From an uncultured Candidatus Poseidoniales archaeon (GTDB lineage: Archaea > Thermoplasmatota > Poseidoniia > Poseidoniales > Thalassarchaeaceae): DNA of 64,000 nt. The notes under the pieces were generated by a model, which was given only the letters and a program-made list of their open reading frames with translations, had not been told where the DNA came from and ran no database searches. The stretch is from positions 7,512-71,511 of the forward strand of contig CAZMVZ010000003.1 in assembly GCA_964570065.1 (NCBI GenBank). Direction: 5' to 3'. The translations under genes were made by a program, and so were the position numbers. Positions 46,492-55,512 of the stretch are shown piece after piece (the stretch's first letter is position 1; each line of letters opens with the position of its first letter).

Positions 46492-47351
46492 TGCTCTTCA
46501 GCCCCAATGAACTCCATTCCTCTCGCATCGAAGGTACTCCTGACCAGCCCAACTTCCTGACCTCTTTCAAGGAATAACCTAACTGCTTCACGTCCCTCAG
46601 GACCATAGTCTATCGTTCGATCGTTCACATACATTCTGACGAACTCCTCGTTTGTATCCTCATCGATTCCTCTTCCCCACTTAATTGCATCTCGCAGAGC
46701 AAGTTCAGGATTGGAGAGGGAATACTCAATGCTCTTCTTGATGTCATTAGAAATCCCCTTGCACATTTCTTCTCCGAGATCCCTTCTCACAACATTCCCC
46801 CCAAGTGGTAATGGTAGGCCAGTGGTGCGATTCCACCAAACTCCAAGGTTGATGACCATGAACGCGCCTTCATTGGACCATGTTAGCTGACCTTCGTGGA
46901 TTATCACTCCTGCATCGTACTCACCACTCAGAACACCCGGTTGAATTCTATCGAAAGGCACCTCCTTTACTTGGACATCGCCCAATGCAAGTACAAGTGA
47001 TAAGTATGAACTCGTGCTCTTCCCAGGAACAGCGATCACCCTATTCTTTGCATCCTCAATACTCATTTCCCTATTAGAAATTAGTATTGGCCCATAACCC
47101 TCTCCCATCGACGCTCCACAATTCATTAGAGCGTACTCTTTGGAAATCTTGGGGTACGAGTGTATGCTTACAGCAGAAACCTCGAAGTTACCACGCTGCG
47201 CCTCTTGATTAAGGGTATCAATGTCCACCAATACATGCTCATATTTCCTTCCAGGGGTATCAATGAGGCCCTGAGTCAGGGCATGGAACATGAAAGCATC
47301 ATCGGGGTCCGGTGAATGCCCTACACGAATCCTCAGCACCTCCTCAACCAT
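46488..47351 (-). CDS. mqnD: 1,4-dihydroxy-6-naphthoate synthase MqnD (VitK2 biosynthesis family)
   Basis: IRVGHSPDPDDAFMFHALTQGLIDT resembles the MqnD block (SPCPNDTF.FhAl). The size is about 285 aa. Confidence 0.6.
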   Translation of the reverse strand: MVEEVLRIRVGHSPDPDDAFMFHALTQGLIDTPGRKYEHVLVDIDTLNQEAQRGNFEVSAVSIHSYPKISKEYALMNCGASMGEGYGPILISNREMSIEDAKNRVIAVPGKSTSSYLSLVLALGDVQVKEVPFDRIQPGVLSGEYDAGVIIHEGQLTWSNEGAFMVINLGVWWNRTTGLPLPLGGNVVRRDLGEEMCKGISNDIKKSIEYSLSNPELALRDAIKWGRGIDEDTNEEFVRMYVNDRTIDYGPEGREAVRLFLERGQEVGLVRSTFDARGMEFIGAEEQ

Positions 47352-47416
47352 TATTCGATGCGCGAAGATTTGAGTTGAAATGGGTTTTCGTCAACACCTC
47401 TCCTCGCAATGATGAA

Positions 47417-47635
47417 ATGGTCACCTCCAAAGGGCCAAACATGGTCGACCCCTCCAAGCTCTCTACAGCATCCGGACAACTGGGGCCAGTCTGTGCAATA
47501 ACCGGCAAGGCCCTCAAGTTCTCTGAGGCAATTGTCCTCGACAACGAGTATGTTTGCTGGGAGGCATATATCGAGGCAACCGGGGCTTCTCCATCTACTG
47601 ATGGTAAGGAAGTTGGCGGACTAAAGCTGGGCTGA
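47417..47635 (+). CDS. small hypothetical protein
   Basis: This is a 72-codon ORF from the first ATG that does not overlap mqnD. I recognise no family. Confidence 0.3.
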   Translation: MVTSKGPNMVDPSKLSTASGQLGPVCAITGKALKFSEAIVLDNEYVCWEAYIEATGASPSTDGKEVGGLKLG

Positions 47636-47642
47636 TTGAAAA

Positions 47643-47648
47643 TTTATG
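47643..47648 (+). promoter_or_regulatory. TATA-like TTTATG upstream of priS
   Basis: It lies 26-31 nt before ATG 47674, suggesting a leaderless priS mRNA that starts at that ATG rather than the TTG at 47665. Confidence 0.3.
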
Positions 47649-47673
47649 GCCCTCGCCCCTTTATTTGCCTCTC

Positions 47674-48876
47674 ATGGCGGGAGGCTGGAGCAGGTTCGCG
47701 TTGCGATTCTCTGAGTATTACGACTCCATTTCGCCAAAATCACTCTGGACTCCACCAAGACTGAGAACAAGGGAATGGATGTTCATTCCTTGGGGTGGAG
47801 CCCCCCCTGACAGGCACAGGTCATTCTCGGACAAGAATTCACTTCATTCTTACCTTCGAAGTAGAGCACCACACTCTTGCTTTCATAGCACTGCGTACTA
47901 CCAAGAACCCTCTCAACTAAAGATGGCCGAAAAGGGCTGGCTGGGTGCTGACCTAATTTTTGATTTGGATGGTGACCATCTACCGGGAGTCTCAGGTAAC
48001 GACTTTCCTGCGATGATTGAAGTTATACAAGGTCAAGCATGGCGGTTGTGGAACGAATTCCTAGAGCCTGAATTTGGTTTCAAAGAAAAGCATGCTCAAT
48101 TCACATTCTCTGGACACAGGGGATTCCACATTCACGTCAGAGATCCAAGTCTACTTCACCTAGATTCCAATGCGCGAAGGGAGATTGTAAATTACATAAG
48201 AGGCGAAGGAATTGACATCCAGTCAACAATTTCAGACAACTCCGAGTGGGGGCGCAGAGCTTTGCAAGGAATTGACTCGACCCTGGAAAAATTGTCTAGT
48301 ATTTCCAGCGGAGAAACGGGAAAGGGAGCTTTGCTTGATGAATTGCATGGGATTCTTAGAACTAGATCTAACTCTCCACAGGTCAATCTGAAATCCTCTT
48401 CTAGAGCCAGTATTGTAGAACTCGCAAAGTTATGTGATAACGAGGAAAAAGTTAGCAGGCTGAAGAACGATCCAAACCTTGCGGTTTTTGGCCCAAAATG
48501 CACACCAATATTCTGGGAACTTGTGAAGGGGGACTCTTCTGTAGTAATAGGTACTGCCGGAGAGACCGACGAGGTAGTGACCGTAGATACGAAGAGAGTG
48601 ATCAGATGGGTAGGAAGCTTGCATGGAAAATCCGGCCTTCGCGTGACTGAGTTTCCTCTAGGAAGGCTAGACCCAGATTCTGGGACCAAATTCGATCCAC
48701 TATCAGAGGCGGTTGTCTTTAGAGGAGGGACAGTGAAGGTGAGGGTTCTTGCCGAAGACGTAACGGCAGAGATCTCTGGGGATAGGGTTGAACCAAGATT
48801 GGGAGAGGAAATAGAGGTGAAGGAGTCAATGGCAATGTTCCTCTGCCTGAAAGGCTGGGCGGAGATTTGCAAATGA
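47674..48876 (+). CDS. priS: DNA primase small (catalytic) subunit PriS
   Basis: Matching blocks are ADLIFDLDGDHL (catalytic DxD) and FSGHRGFHIHV, the archaeo-eukaryotic primase motifs. Confidence 0.85.
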   Translation: MAGGWSRFALRFSEYYDSISPKSLWTPPRLRTREWMFIPWGGAPPDRHRSFSDKNSLHSYLRSRAPHSCFHSTAYYQEPSQLKMAEKGWLGADLIFDLDGDHLPGVSGNDFPAMIEVIQGQAWRLWNEFLEPEFGFKEKHAQFTFSGHRGFHIHVRDPSLLHLDSNARREIVNYIRGEGIDIQSTISDNSEWGRRALQGIDSTLEKLSSISSGETGKGALLDELHGILRTRSNSPQVNLKSSSRASIVELAKLCDNEEKVSRLKNDPNLAVFGPKCTPIFWELVKGDSSVVIGTAGETDEVVTVDTKRVIRWVGSLHGKSGLRVTEFPLGRLDPDSGTKFDPLSEAVVFRGGTVKVRVLAEDVTAEISGDRVEPRLGEEIEVKESMAMFLCLKGWAEICK

Positions 48877-48935
48877 GTCCGATTTCCCAAAATCAGTGAA
48901 TAATTGAATCATCTCAATTACGAAGCCACAGAATA

Positions 48936-49946
48936 TTGAATAGTGTTGAACTACGGAAACTATCCGTGATTGACCCGTTGGACGATGTTGATACGGATTC
49001 TGAAGGCCCCCCCAAGCCACTGCCACCCCCTCCTCCGGGAATCAACATGCCAATGCCAGAACCAGAAGTTCCATTGCCTGAGATTCCATCAGTTCCTGAT
49101 ATTCCACCACCTCCCCAGTTCGGCTTTGTGCCAGAGCCTTCTGCCGATGGCGACCTTTTAGACGCTGCAAATTCCCTATCCGCCAATACTCCAAGCCCAT
49201 CTGTGAATCAACCTTCTGATTTCAAATCAGTTTGGGATAAGAGGAAGACATCAAACCCCTCGATATCGAGTGGCTCAAGAGATAGCATTTACAACAGAAT
49301 AGACAGGATCTCAACAGGTCGAGGCGAATCTCTGATGGACAGATATGCCGACCGGTTCGGATCCGATCTAGACAGGGAAATTATCGTTCTTAGGAAGAAG
49401 GATCAAGACGATTTGACCACTATTAAGCCAACAGTTGAGCTTATCTCTGAGGCCAGTAAAACTGAAATGTCACTAGCAGAATTCCTTGAGGCCATGGACG
49501 ATTCTGATTTCGTAGGGCGTGTAGCGGAGAAGACAGGTGTCTCCGTGGACAAGATAGACGAACTAGATCTGGACTCTATGCAAGAGTTCTTCCAGAGCGC
49601 TGACAAAGACAACTCCGGATCGTTGGATTTCGACGAGTTTGTCAATGGAATTATCGAGAGCTTCAGGAGCTACGACGAGGACTTCTCACACTTCTTCACG
49701 GTGGTTAATGGCCTCCTCGGCCAATTGCCCGATGACAAGACTCTAGCATTCATAGAATCGGACGGATTCAAACTATTCGAGTCAGTCGGTAATGACCCAA
49801 AGGCCATCGATAAGGAATCACGGGGCGAGTTCTTCACGATGGTTAATGAACTGCTTGTAGACCTGCCCGAAGCAGTCATGAAGTCATTCACGGAATCTAA
49901 TGATTTTGATTTGTACAAGCTCATAGCTAGCAGGTATGGTGTTTGA
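48936..49946 (+). CDS. hypothetical protein with polyproline N-terminal region, one canonical EF-hand loop and a duplicated C-terminal module
   Basis: Seen in sequence: PPKPLPPPPPG...IPPPPQ, and DKDNSGSLDFDE flanked by helices. FFTVVNGLLGQLPDDKTLAFIESDGFKLFESVG repeats as FFTMVNELLVDLPEAVMKSFTESNDFDLYKLIA. The start codon is uncertain (TTG 48936 or GTG 48966). Confidence 0.5.
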   Translation: MNSVELRKLSVIDPLDDVDTDSEGPPKPLPPPPPGINMPMPEPEVPLPEIPSVPDIPPPPQFGFVPEPSADGDLLDAANSLSANTPSPSVNQPSDFKSVWDKRKTSNPSISSGSRDSIYNRIDRISTGRGESLMDRYADRFGSDLDREIIVLRKKDQDDLTTIKPTVELISEASKTEMSLAEFLEAMDDSDFVGRVAEKTGVSVDKIDELDLDSMQEFFQSADKDNSGSLDFDEFVNGIIESFRSYDEDFSHFFTVVNGLLGQLPDDKTLAFIESDGFKLFESVGNDPKAIDKESRGEFFTMVNELLVDLPEAVMKSFTESNDFDLYKLIASRYGV

Positions 49947-50765
49947 ATGGGTCTATTGGAGAAGGCTGGCCAGATAAATGCCGGAGAAACAACCAACGTT
50001 GTCCCAGCTGAAACTGAGGTCAAGCCACCACCCGTCGCTGCTGAAACCGTCTCTGAGCCAGAACCGGTTCAATCGAAGAAAAGATCCAGGAAGAGGGCCC
50101 CTAGGAAGAAGAGGGAGCCGAGAGCGAAGAAAGTCCGTGTGGCGAAGGAACTACCAGAAGGATTTGTGGAGGCATCGAGAAGCCAGAGGGTAATCAGGCG
50201 GGGTTCCGATTTCGCCGTTTCATATGGGTGGACCGTACCTCTTTCTGTTCTAACTGCCTGGGGGTCTTACTTCGACCCAACCTATGCGTTCCTACTGGGA
50301 ATTCTCCTAATAAGCTTCAACCTTGGTTTCATGCCGTACACCACTGGACGGACAGTCGGGAACTGGATCAGTAGGACTACCTTCATCACCACTAAGTTGG
50401 GCACCCCCCACCAGTCTTACCTTTTCCTGAAGGGACTCACTTTCCCTTTGGTGATGCTAGGATTGATTTTGTTCCTGACCTCAACCTCAGAGGGCTTCGG
50501 AAGCAAAAGCGGCCAAGTTCTCCTGGTAACCTCGTTAGTATTCCTATTCCCCCCCCTACTGGACTATCTGTTCTACCGTTTCAAGAGGGACGATCTAGGA
50601 CTCTGGGACACCGTATACGGAGGTGTTTGGATGGTAAAGACCAGCAAATCAGCAGAGTCCAAGGGCTGGTTGAAGAGGCTTGAGCAGCTTGGGGACTATT
50701 CTGAGGCCCAAGGATGGTGGTCTGACAAGGAGTCTAGCGAAGACTCCGGGACCACGGAAGGTTAG
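49947..50765 (+). CDS. RDD-family-like membrane protein with a highly basic N-terminal tail
   Basis: A KKRSRKRAPRKKREPRAKKVRVAK tail is followed by three to four TM helices and FKRDDLGLWDTVYGGVWMV (RDD-type motif). Its TGAATG junction with the upstream gene leaves no spacer. Confidence 0.45.
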   Translation: MGLLEKAGQINAGETTNVVPAETEVKPPPVAAETVSEPEPVQSKKRSRKRAPRKKREPRAKKVRVAKELPEGFVEASRSQRVIRRGSDFAVSYGWTVPLSVLTAWGSYFDPTYAFLLGILLISFNLGFMPYTTGRTVGNWISRTTFITTKLGTPHQSYLFLKGLTFPLVMLGLILFLTSTSEGFGSKSGQVLLVTSLVFLFPPLLDYLFYRFKRDDLGLWDTVYGGVWMVKTSKSAESKGWLKRLEQLGDYSEAQGWWSDKESSEDSGTTEG

Positions 50766-50768
50766 CTT

Positions 50769-51398
50769 TCAGTATTCCACTGGAATCGGGTCTAGTGTCC
50801 TCCAAAGGAACCAACATGCAGCACTCCGAAATGGACGCCACGCTTCAGCCACATCCAGCATCTCCTTGTTTGTCAGTGCCTCGGGAACGAGGCTTTGTAT
50901 TCCCTTCACAACTCCAAGGTCCCCCAGACTCAGAACATCGGGCCGCATAAGTGAGAAAATGAGCATCATCTCTGCTGTCCACGGCCCCACCCCTTTGAAA
51001 CGGACTAGATGTTTGAGGATGGAATCATCATCCATCTCTTCAAAGCCTACTGGTAGTAATGGGGTTTCGTTGATTGCTATTTCATGTATGAACTGGGTCT
51101 TTTTCCGTGAAATCCCACAAGATGCTAATTCTTCTAGCGTACGAGACCCAATCGACTCCCTGCTGATTCCACCGCACAGTACCTCCAAGCGTCCGTGAAT
51201 GGTATCCGCAGCCTTCACAGAAATCTGTTGTCCGACGATGCTTCTTACCAGAGTCTGGAAGATTTCGCCTCGTCCAGTCAAGAATCCGCCACTATGCAAT
51301 TGGACAATATGACCGAGCAATGGATCTTCTGAAAGGTGTGCTATTGCTTCGTCCCACCATTCGGGCTTTCCTTTCTGCACATACTCATTAGAGGTCAC
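50769..51398 (-). CDS. alkA: HhH-GPD DNA glycosylase (AlkA-type 3-methyladenine DNA glycosylase II)
   Basis: Matching blocks are VRSIVGQQISVKAADTI, the FKGVGPWTAEMMLIF hairpin-helix-hairpin, and LSLGDLGVVKG with the catalytic Asp. Confidence 0.75.
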   Translation of the reverse strand: MTSNEYVQKGKPEWWDEAIAHLSEDPLLGHIVQLHSGGFLTGRGEIFQTLVRSIVGQQISVKAADTIHGRLEVLCGGISRESIGSRTLEELASCGISRKKTQFIHEIAINETPLLPVGFEEMDDDSILKHLVRFKGVGPWTAEMMLIFSLMRPDVLSLGDLGVVKGIQSLVPEALTNKEMLDVAEAWRPFRSAACWFLWRTLDPIPVEY

Positions 51399-51462
51399 TA
51401 CTCTATGAGGATAGATGTCAGCGACTCATCATAATTCAAATTTGCAACATGTAGAAAGTACT

Positions 51463-52521
51463 CTATTCCGGATCTGAGTCGTACCTACTCCTAGCCAACT
51501 CTCTCATGTCTTCATGGAGAACCCCATCATCTATGGCATCTTGATCAGACTCATCTACAATCTCAACACCCAGTAGAGTCTCGATGATGTCCTCCATGGT
51601 AACAAGTCCTGCAGTCCCGCCAAATTGGTCCTTTGCTACCAATAACTGCTCCTTGTTCTCTAGAAGGATATCGAGAGCCTTGTCAACTGATGTGTCCACA
51701 TCGCATGTCACAATTACCCTACATAGATCCTTCATTTTGGTTTCGAAATCATCATCAGCTGCTCTCCTCAGAATCTCGCTCCTCAGTACCAAACCAGACA
51801 TCTCATCCACATTTTCTCCAAAAACTGGCATCCGGCCATGAATCATTATTGGAAGCCTATCCAAGACTTCCTTTACGGTCTCAGTTGACTTCACAGAGGT
51901 CATCACAACTCTTGGCGTCATTATTTCGGTGACCTTCATCTCCCTTAGCTTCAACAGATTCTGGATCACAGCCTCTTCATCCTCTTCGATAACATCCGAT
52001 TCCTCGGCGATATCTGCTAGTACTGAGAGCTCGTTACGAGTAACCGTTTCAGTCTCAACCTGTGGGAATGGGGCTCGCATTAACTCAATGATGACGACAA
52101 TCGGCCAGAGGACCCACATCAGCCAACCAAGTACGTGGTAGGAAGAAACAGTCATCTTCCTCCAGTATAGTGCCCCAATAGTCTTTGGAAGGATCTCGCT
52201 CAACAGTAGTATTGCGATGGTTAGGACTGCCGCCGACCCCGCAACAACGTACTCTCCCTCGAAGTTGTTCTCGACCTCTGAACCAACACCAAGAGCCCCA
52301 ACTGTGTGGGCAATTGTGTTCAGTGTCAGAATTGCCGTGAGAGGCCTCTCAGGATCATCCTTCCATTTTGACCATGTAGCACTGACCTTCGCATGTGTGT
52401 CTTTCAGAGCCACGATGTGCCCATGAGAGGTCGATAGCAGCACCGCCTCGAGTATACTGCATAGGAAGGAGGCCCCCAACGCCAGAACGGCGTAAGCGAT
52501 CATCATAGTGTAATCAGCCAA
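51463..52521 (-). CDS. CNNM/DUF21 transmembrane domain plus CBS-pair protein (CorB/hemolysin-like divalent cation transporter family)
   Basis: It has the DUF21 N-terminal four-TM region (EILPKTIG). It also has VTEIMTPRVVM plus a second CBS motif. No CorC/HlyC C-terminal domain is present. Confidence 0.75.
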   Translation of the reverse strand: MADYTMMIAYAVLALGASFLCSILEAVLLSTSHGHIVALKDTHAKVSATWSKWKDDPERPLTAILTLNTIAHTVGALGVGSEVENNFEGEYVVAGSAAVLTIAILLLSEILPKTIGALYWRKMTVSSYHVLGWLMWVLWPIVVIIELMRAPFPQVETETVTRNELSVLADIAEESDVIEEDEEAVIQNLLKLREMKVTEIMTPRVVMTSVKSTETVKEVLDRLPIMIHGRMPVFGENVDEMSGLVLRSEILRRAADDDFETKMKDLCRVIVTCDVDTSVDKALDILLENKEQLLVAKDQFGGTAGLVTMEDIIETLLGVEIVDESDQDAIDDGVLHEDMRELARSRYDSDPE

Positions 52522-52614
52522 TTCTTATGCCTCTAGGAGTCTTTGTGTGTGTTTAGAATGGTCCAGTTTGGTTTTCCAAGCGTTTGTCTCCATGCTGCTC
52601 CGGGCGAACATGAC

Positions 52615-52622
52615 ATAAATAT
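52615..52622 (+). promoter_or_regulatory. TATA-like ATAAATAT upstream of metG (leaderless arrangement)
   Basis: It lies 29-36 nt before ATG 52651, with no Shine-Dalgarno sequence in between. Confidence 0.35.
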
Positions 52623-52650
52623 CTAACTTTACGGAACGTTCGGGCTAAGA

Positions 52651-54843
52651 ATGGGATATGTCACTATTTTCATGGCCTGGCCTTACGCAAACGGCCCACT
52701 TCACCTTGGTCATGTAGCCGGAAACTGCCTTCCAGCTGACATTCAGTATAGATACGAGCGTGCTCGTGGTAGAAGAGTGCTGATGTGTAGTGGCTCAGAT
52801 GAACATGGGACGCCAATAACACTAACCGCAGAGGAGATGGGCATTAGCCCCCAAGATGTCGTGGACAAGTATCACGAGGTTAACACCCAGGCCCTGGCTG
52901 ATCTAGGTTGCTCATGGGTAAATCCTGTTGATCCACGGGGGATAGAATTTGGAGGTGCATTGTACAATCGCACTTCTGACCCTATGCATAAGGAAATCGT
53001 GCAGGAGGTCTTCGCACAATTGCTTAACTCCGGATTTCTGGAACGCGAGTCCATGCAGCAGTATTGTTCAGTTAACAAGGATGGAAAGGCTAGGTTCCTG
53101 CCAGATAGGTACGTAGAGGGAAAGTGCCCTTCGTGCTCAGAAGATGGTGCTAGAGGCGATCAGTGCGACTCTTGTGGTGCCACTTACGAGGCTCACGAAC
53201 TCATCGACCCCCGTTCCAAGTTAGAAGGCGAGTCTGATATTGAAGTCAGGGACACAGAGCATTATTTCCTGCGTCTTAATGACTTCCAGGAATCATTGGT
53301 GGCCCATTCGTCCGAGAGGCAAGGTGTTTGGAAGGCAAATGTCCGTTCTATGTCTAAGAACTGGCTCGATATGGGACTTCGTCCTAGGGCAGTAACCAGG
53401 GATATTGAGTGGGGAATAGAGATTCCACTCGATGGTCCGGAATGGGAATCAAAACGAATCTACGTTTGGTTTGAAGCCGTACAGGGATACTACACCTGTG
53501 CTCGTATTTGGGCAGAGAGATACGCCGAACCATCCGGTCATTCAGATGGAATTGATGCTTGGAAGAATTGGTGGTTGGTTCCAGAAGAAGGAGAAAGCCC
53601 ACGTCACATCTACTTCATGGGGAAAGACAACATCCCCTTCCACACAATTATCTGGCCTGCTATACTGATGGGTCTGAATGCCGTTGATGCAAGCGAGGTT
53701 TCCCATGTCCCAGAGCCCGGGGATATGGTTCTGGAGGACAATGTATCTTCGAACGAGTTTCTGATGCTTCAGGGCGGCCAATTCAGCAAGAGTAGGCGAC
53801 ATGGCGTCTGGCTCCCTTCATACTTGGAGAGATATGACCCGGACGCACTCAGATATTACCTCTCCATCAACATGCCAGAGACCCATGATACAGATTTCAG
53901 ATGGGACGAGTATGTCGACAGGGTGAATAACGAACTCATCGGAACGTATGGGAATTTCGTTCACAGGGTGATGACTCTGACACACCGCCTGCATAGCGAC
54001 GGGGGGAATCCGCTAGCTAGCTATGACGAAAACGAGTTGCATCTAGAAACAATTAGCTCTGTCAAAGAAAAGATATCCAGTGCTATCGATTCTATGGAGA
54101 GACAGCGTTTCAAAGAGGCACTGAGGAGCATAATGGGAATCGCCCAGATTGGCAACTCACTACTCCAAGAAGCTGCCCCATGGAAGCACCTCAAAGGGGA
54201 AGAGAACCCAGATAGGCACCAATCACTGTCTTCATTGGCCCTGTCCTGGAGGATTTGCAGCTGCCTAGCTGTATGTATGAGGCCATTCATACCCTTTTCC
54301 TCCGAGAGGCTATGGTCGATGCTCGGGAACGAATCGGACATCGACACCATCCTATTGGAGGATTCCATGAATGGCATAGAGCCACTATCGTGGAACCCAG
54401 CGGCACCACAACCTCTCTTTTCACGATTAGACTTGGAGGAGATACTCGAGAGCGAGGAGTCCTTGTCTGACAGTAAGGACAATGACGGCCCACCCAGTCC
54501 CACGGACGGGGGGGATTACATCGACTTCGAAGATTTCATGAAGGTTGAGATGAGGACGGGTAGGATCATTTCTGTAGAGGACCATCCCAACGCGGACAAG
54601 CTTTTCGTGATTACAATCGACGAAGGTTCCGACTCAACTAGAACTGTTTGTGCAGGGTTGAAGGGGCATTACGAGCCATCTGAGTTAGAGGGCCTGAACG
54701 TTGTATTCGTAGCCAATCTGGAACCTAGGAAGCTCAGGGGGGTAATGTCCGAGGGCATGATCCTGGCAGCAGACGACGGTGAAGGCGGAGTCAAGGTTCT
54801 GACTACCGAGGGTGACATCCTCTCGGGTTCGAAGGTGCGGTAA
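52651..54843 (+). CDS. metG: methionyl-tRNA synthetase with C-terminal Trbp111/EMAP-like tRNA-binding domain
   Basis: Matching blocks are WPYANGPLHLGHVAGN (HIGH), the zinc knuckles CPSC...CDSCG, and QFSKSRRHG (KMSKS). The C-terminal OB fold has VEMRTGRIISVEDHPNADKLFVITID. Confidence 0.95.
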   Translation: MGYVTIFMAWPYANGPLHLGHVAGNCLPADIQYRYERARGRRVLMCSGSDEHGTPITLTAEEMGISPQDVVDKYHEVNTQALADLGCSWVNPVDPRGIEFGGALYNRTSDPMHKEIVQEVFAQLLNSGFLERESMQQYCSVNKDGKARFLPDRYVEGKCPSCSEDGARGDQCDSCGATYEAHELIDPRSKLEGESDIEVRDTEHYFLRLNDFQESLVAHSSERQGVWKANVRSMSKNWLDMGLRPRAVTRDIEWGIEIPLDGPEWESKRIYVWFEAVQGYYTCARIWAERYAEPSGHSDGIDAWKNWWLVPEEGESPRHIYFMGKDNIPFHTIIWPAILMGLNAVDASEVSHVPEPGDMVLEDNVSSNEFLMLQGGQFSKSRRHGVWLPSYLERYDPDALRYYLSINMPETHDTDFRWDEYVDRVNNELIGTYGNFVHRVMTLTHRLHSDGGNPLASYDENELHLETISSVKEKISSAIDSMERQRFKEALRSIMGIAQIGNSLLQEAAPWKHLKGEENPDRHQSLSSLALSWRICSCLAVCMRPFIPFSSERLWSMLGNESDIDTILLEDSMNGIEPLSWNPAAPQPLFSRLDLEEILESEESLSDSKDNDGPPSPTDGGDYIDFEDFMKVEMRTGRIISVEDHPNADKLFVITIDEGSDSTRTVCAGLKGHYEPSELEGLNVVFVANLEPRKLRGVMSEGMILAADDGEGGVKVLTTEGDILSGSKVR

Positions 54844-54969
54844 TCATACTTCTCTCCTGCCAATGAACATCGACGAAGCCAAAAGGGCCGAGATTGCTGC
54901 GATGAGCCCGAACCCTGGAGTGAATACTCCCCCTGTTGGCATACCTATCACTAGTGCTTGGTACTTCAT
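54844..54969 (-). CDS. 41-aa mini-ORF consisting essentially of a PGF-CTERM archaeosortase sorting signal
   Basis: My manual translation gives MKYQALVIGMPTGGVFTPGFGLIAAISALLASSMFIGRREV, that is PGF, a hydrophobic helix, then RRE. It is not in the ORF track because it is under 60 aa. It abuts the metG stop and lies 26 nt downstream of folA on the same strand. Confidence 0.4.
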   Translation of the reverse strand: MKYQALVIGMPTGGVFTPGFGLIAAISALLASSMFIGRREV

Positions 54970-54995
54970 AGCATTAGTCCGAGAAGTAGGGCAAA

Positions 54996-55505
54996 TCAAC
55001 TCTTTGTCCAAACCGAGTATGTTGTTGCATGTTCATTGTCCTCATCCGCGGTCGTTTGCTCAATTACGGCCTCGGACCAATCCGACCTGTCCCATTCGGG
55101 GAAGGAAATGTCCCCGCTACCGCTGACGTGGACAGTAGTAACGTGGACCTCGTCCACCCTGTCTAGGAACATCTCGTAAATCTGCGATCCACCAATGACC
55201 CAGCACTCTTCACTGCCCTCTGCAAATGCTATCTCAATTGCCCTACCGACGTAAAGGGCTGTGTCTGCACCGTCAGCATTCCAGTTTGTATCCCTAGACA
55301 TCACTATGTTGGCCCTCTCAGGAAGGGGCTTGAACTCATCAGGAAGGGAGTCCCAGGTCCTCCTGCCCATGATTACAGAATTGAATCCGTCACCCTCAGT
55401 GAGTGACTTGAATCGCAGCATATCGCTCCTTAGTCTCCAGGGGAGCTCTCCCGAGGAACCTATGTTGCCATCCTCGTCCATTGCGACGATCATCGCCATC
55501 TTCAT
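54996..55505 (-). CDS. folA: dihydrofolate reductase
   Basis: MKMAMIVAMDEDGNIGSSGELPWRLRSDMLRF and VIMGRRTWDSLP match DHFR. The start is set at ATG 55505, just after the thyA stop. Confidence 0.85.
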   Translation of the reverse strand: MKMAMIVAMDEDGNIGSSGELPWRLRSDMLRFKSLTEGDGFNSVIMGRRTWDSLPDEFKPLPERANIVMSRDTNWNADGADTALYVGRAIEIAFAEGSEECWVIGGSQIYEMFLDRVDEVHVTTVHVSGSGDISFPEWDRSDWSEAVIEQTTADEDNEHATTYSVWTKS

Positions 55506-55512
55506 TGTATCA

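Noticed and set aside
54812-55126. The 104-aa plus-strand ORF spanning the metG/folA junction.
   Set aside because: It overlaps the 3' end of folA and the whole PGF-CTERM mini-ORF on the other strand. It has Pro/Arg-rich, low-complexity composition and no motif.
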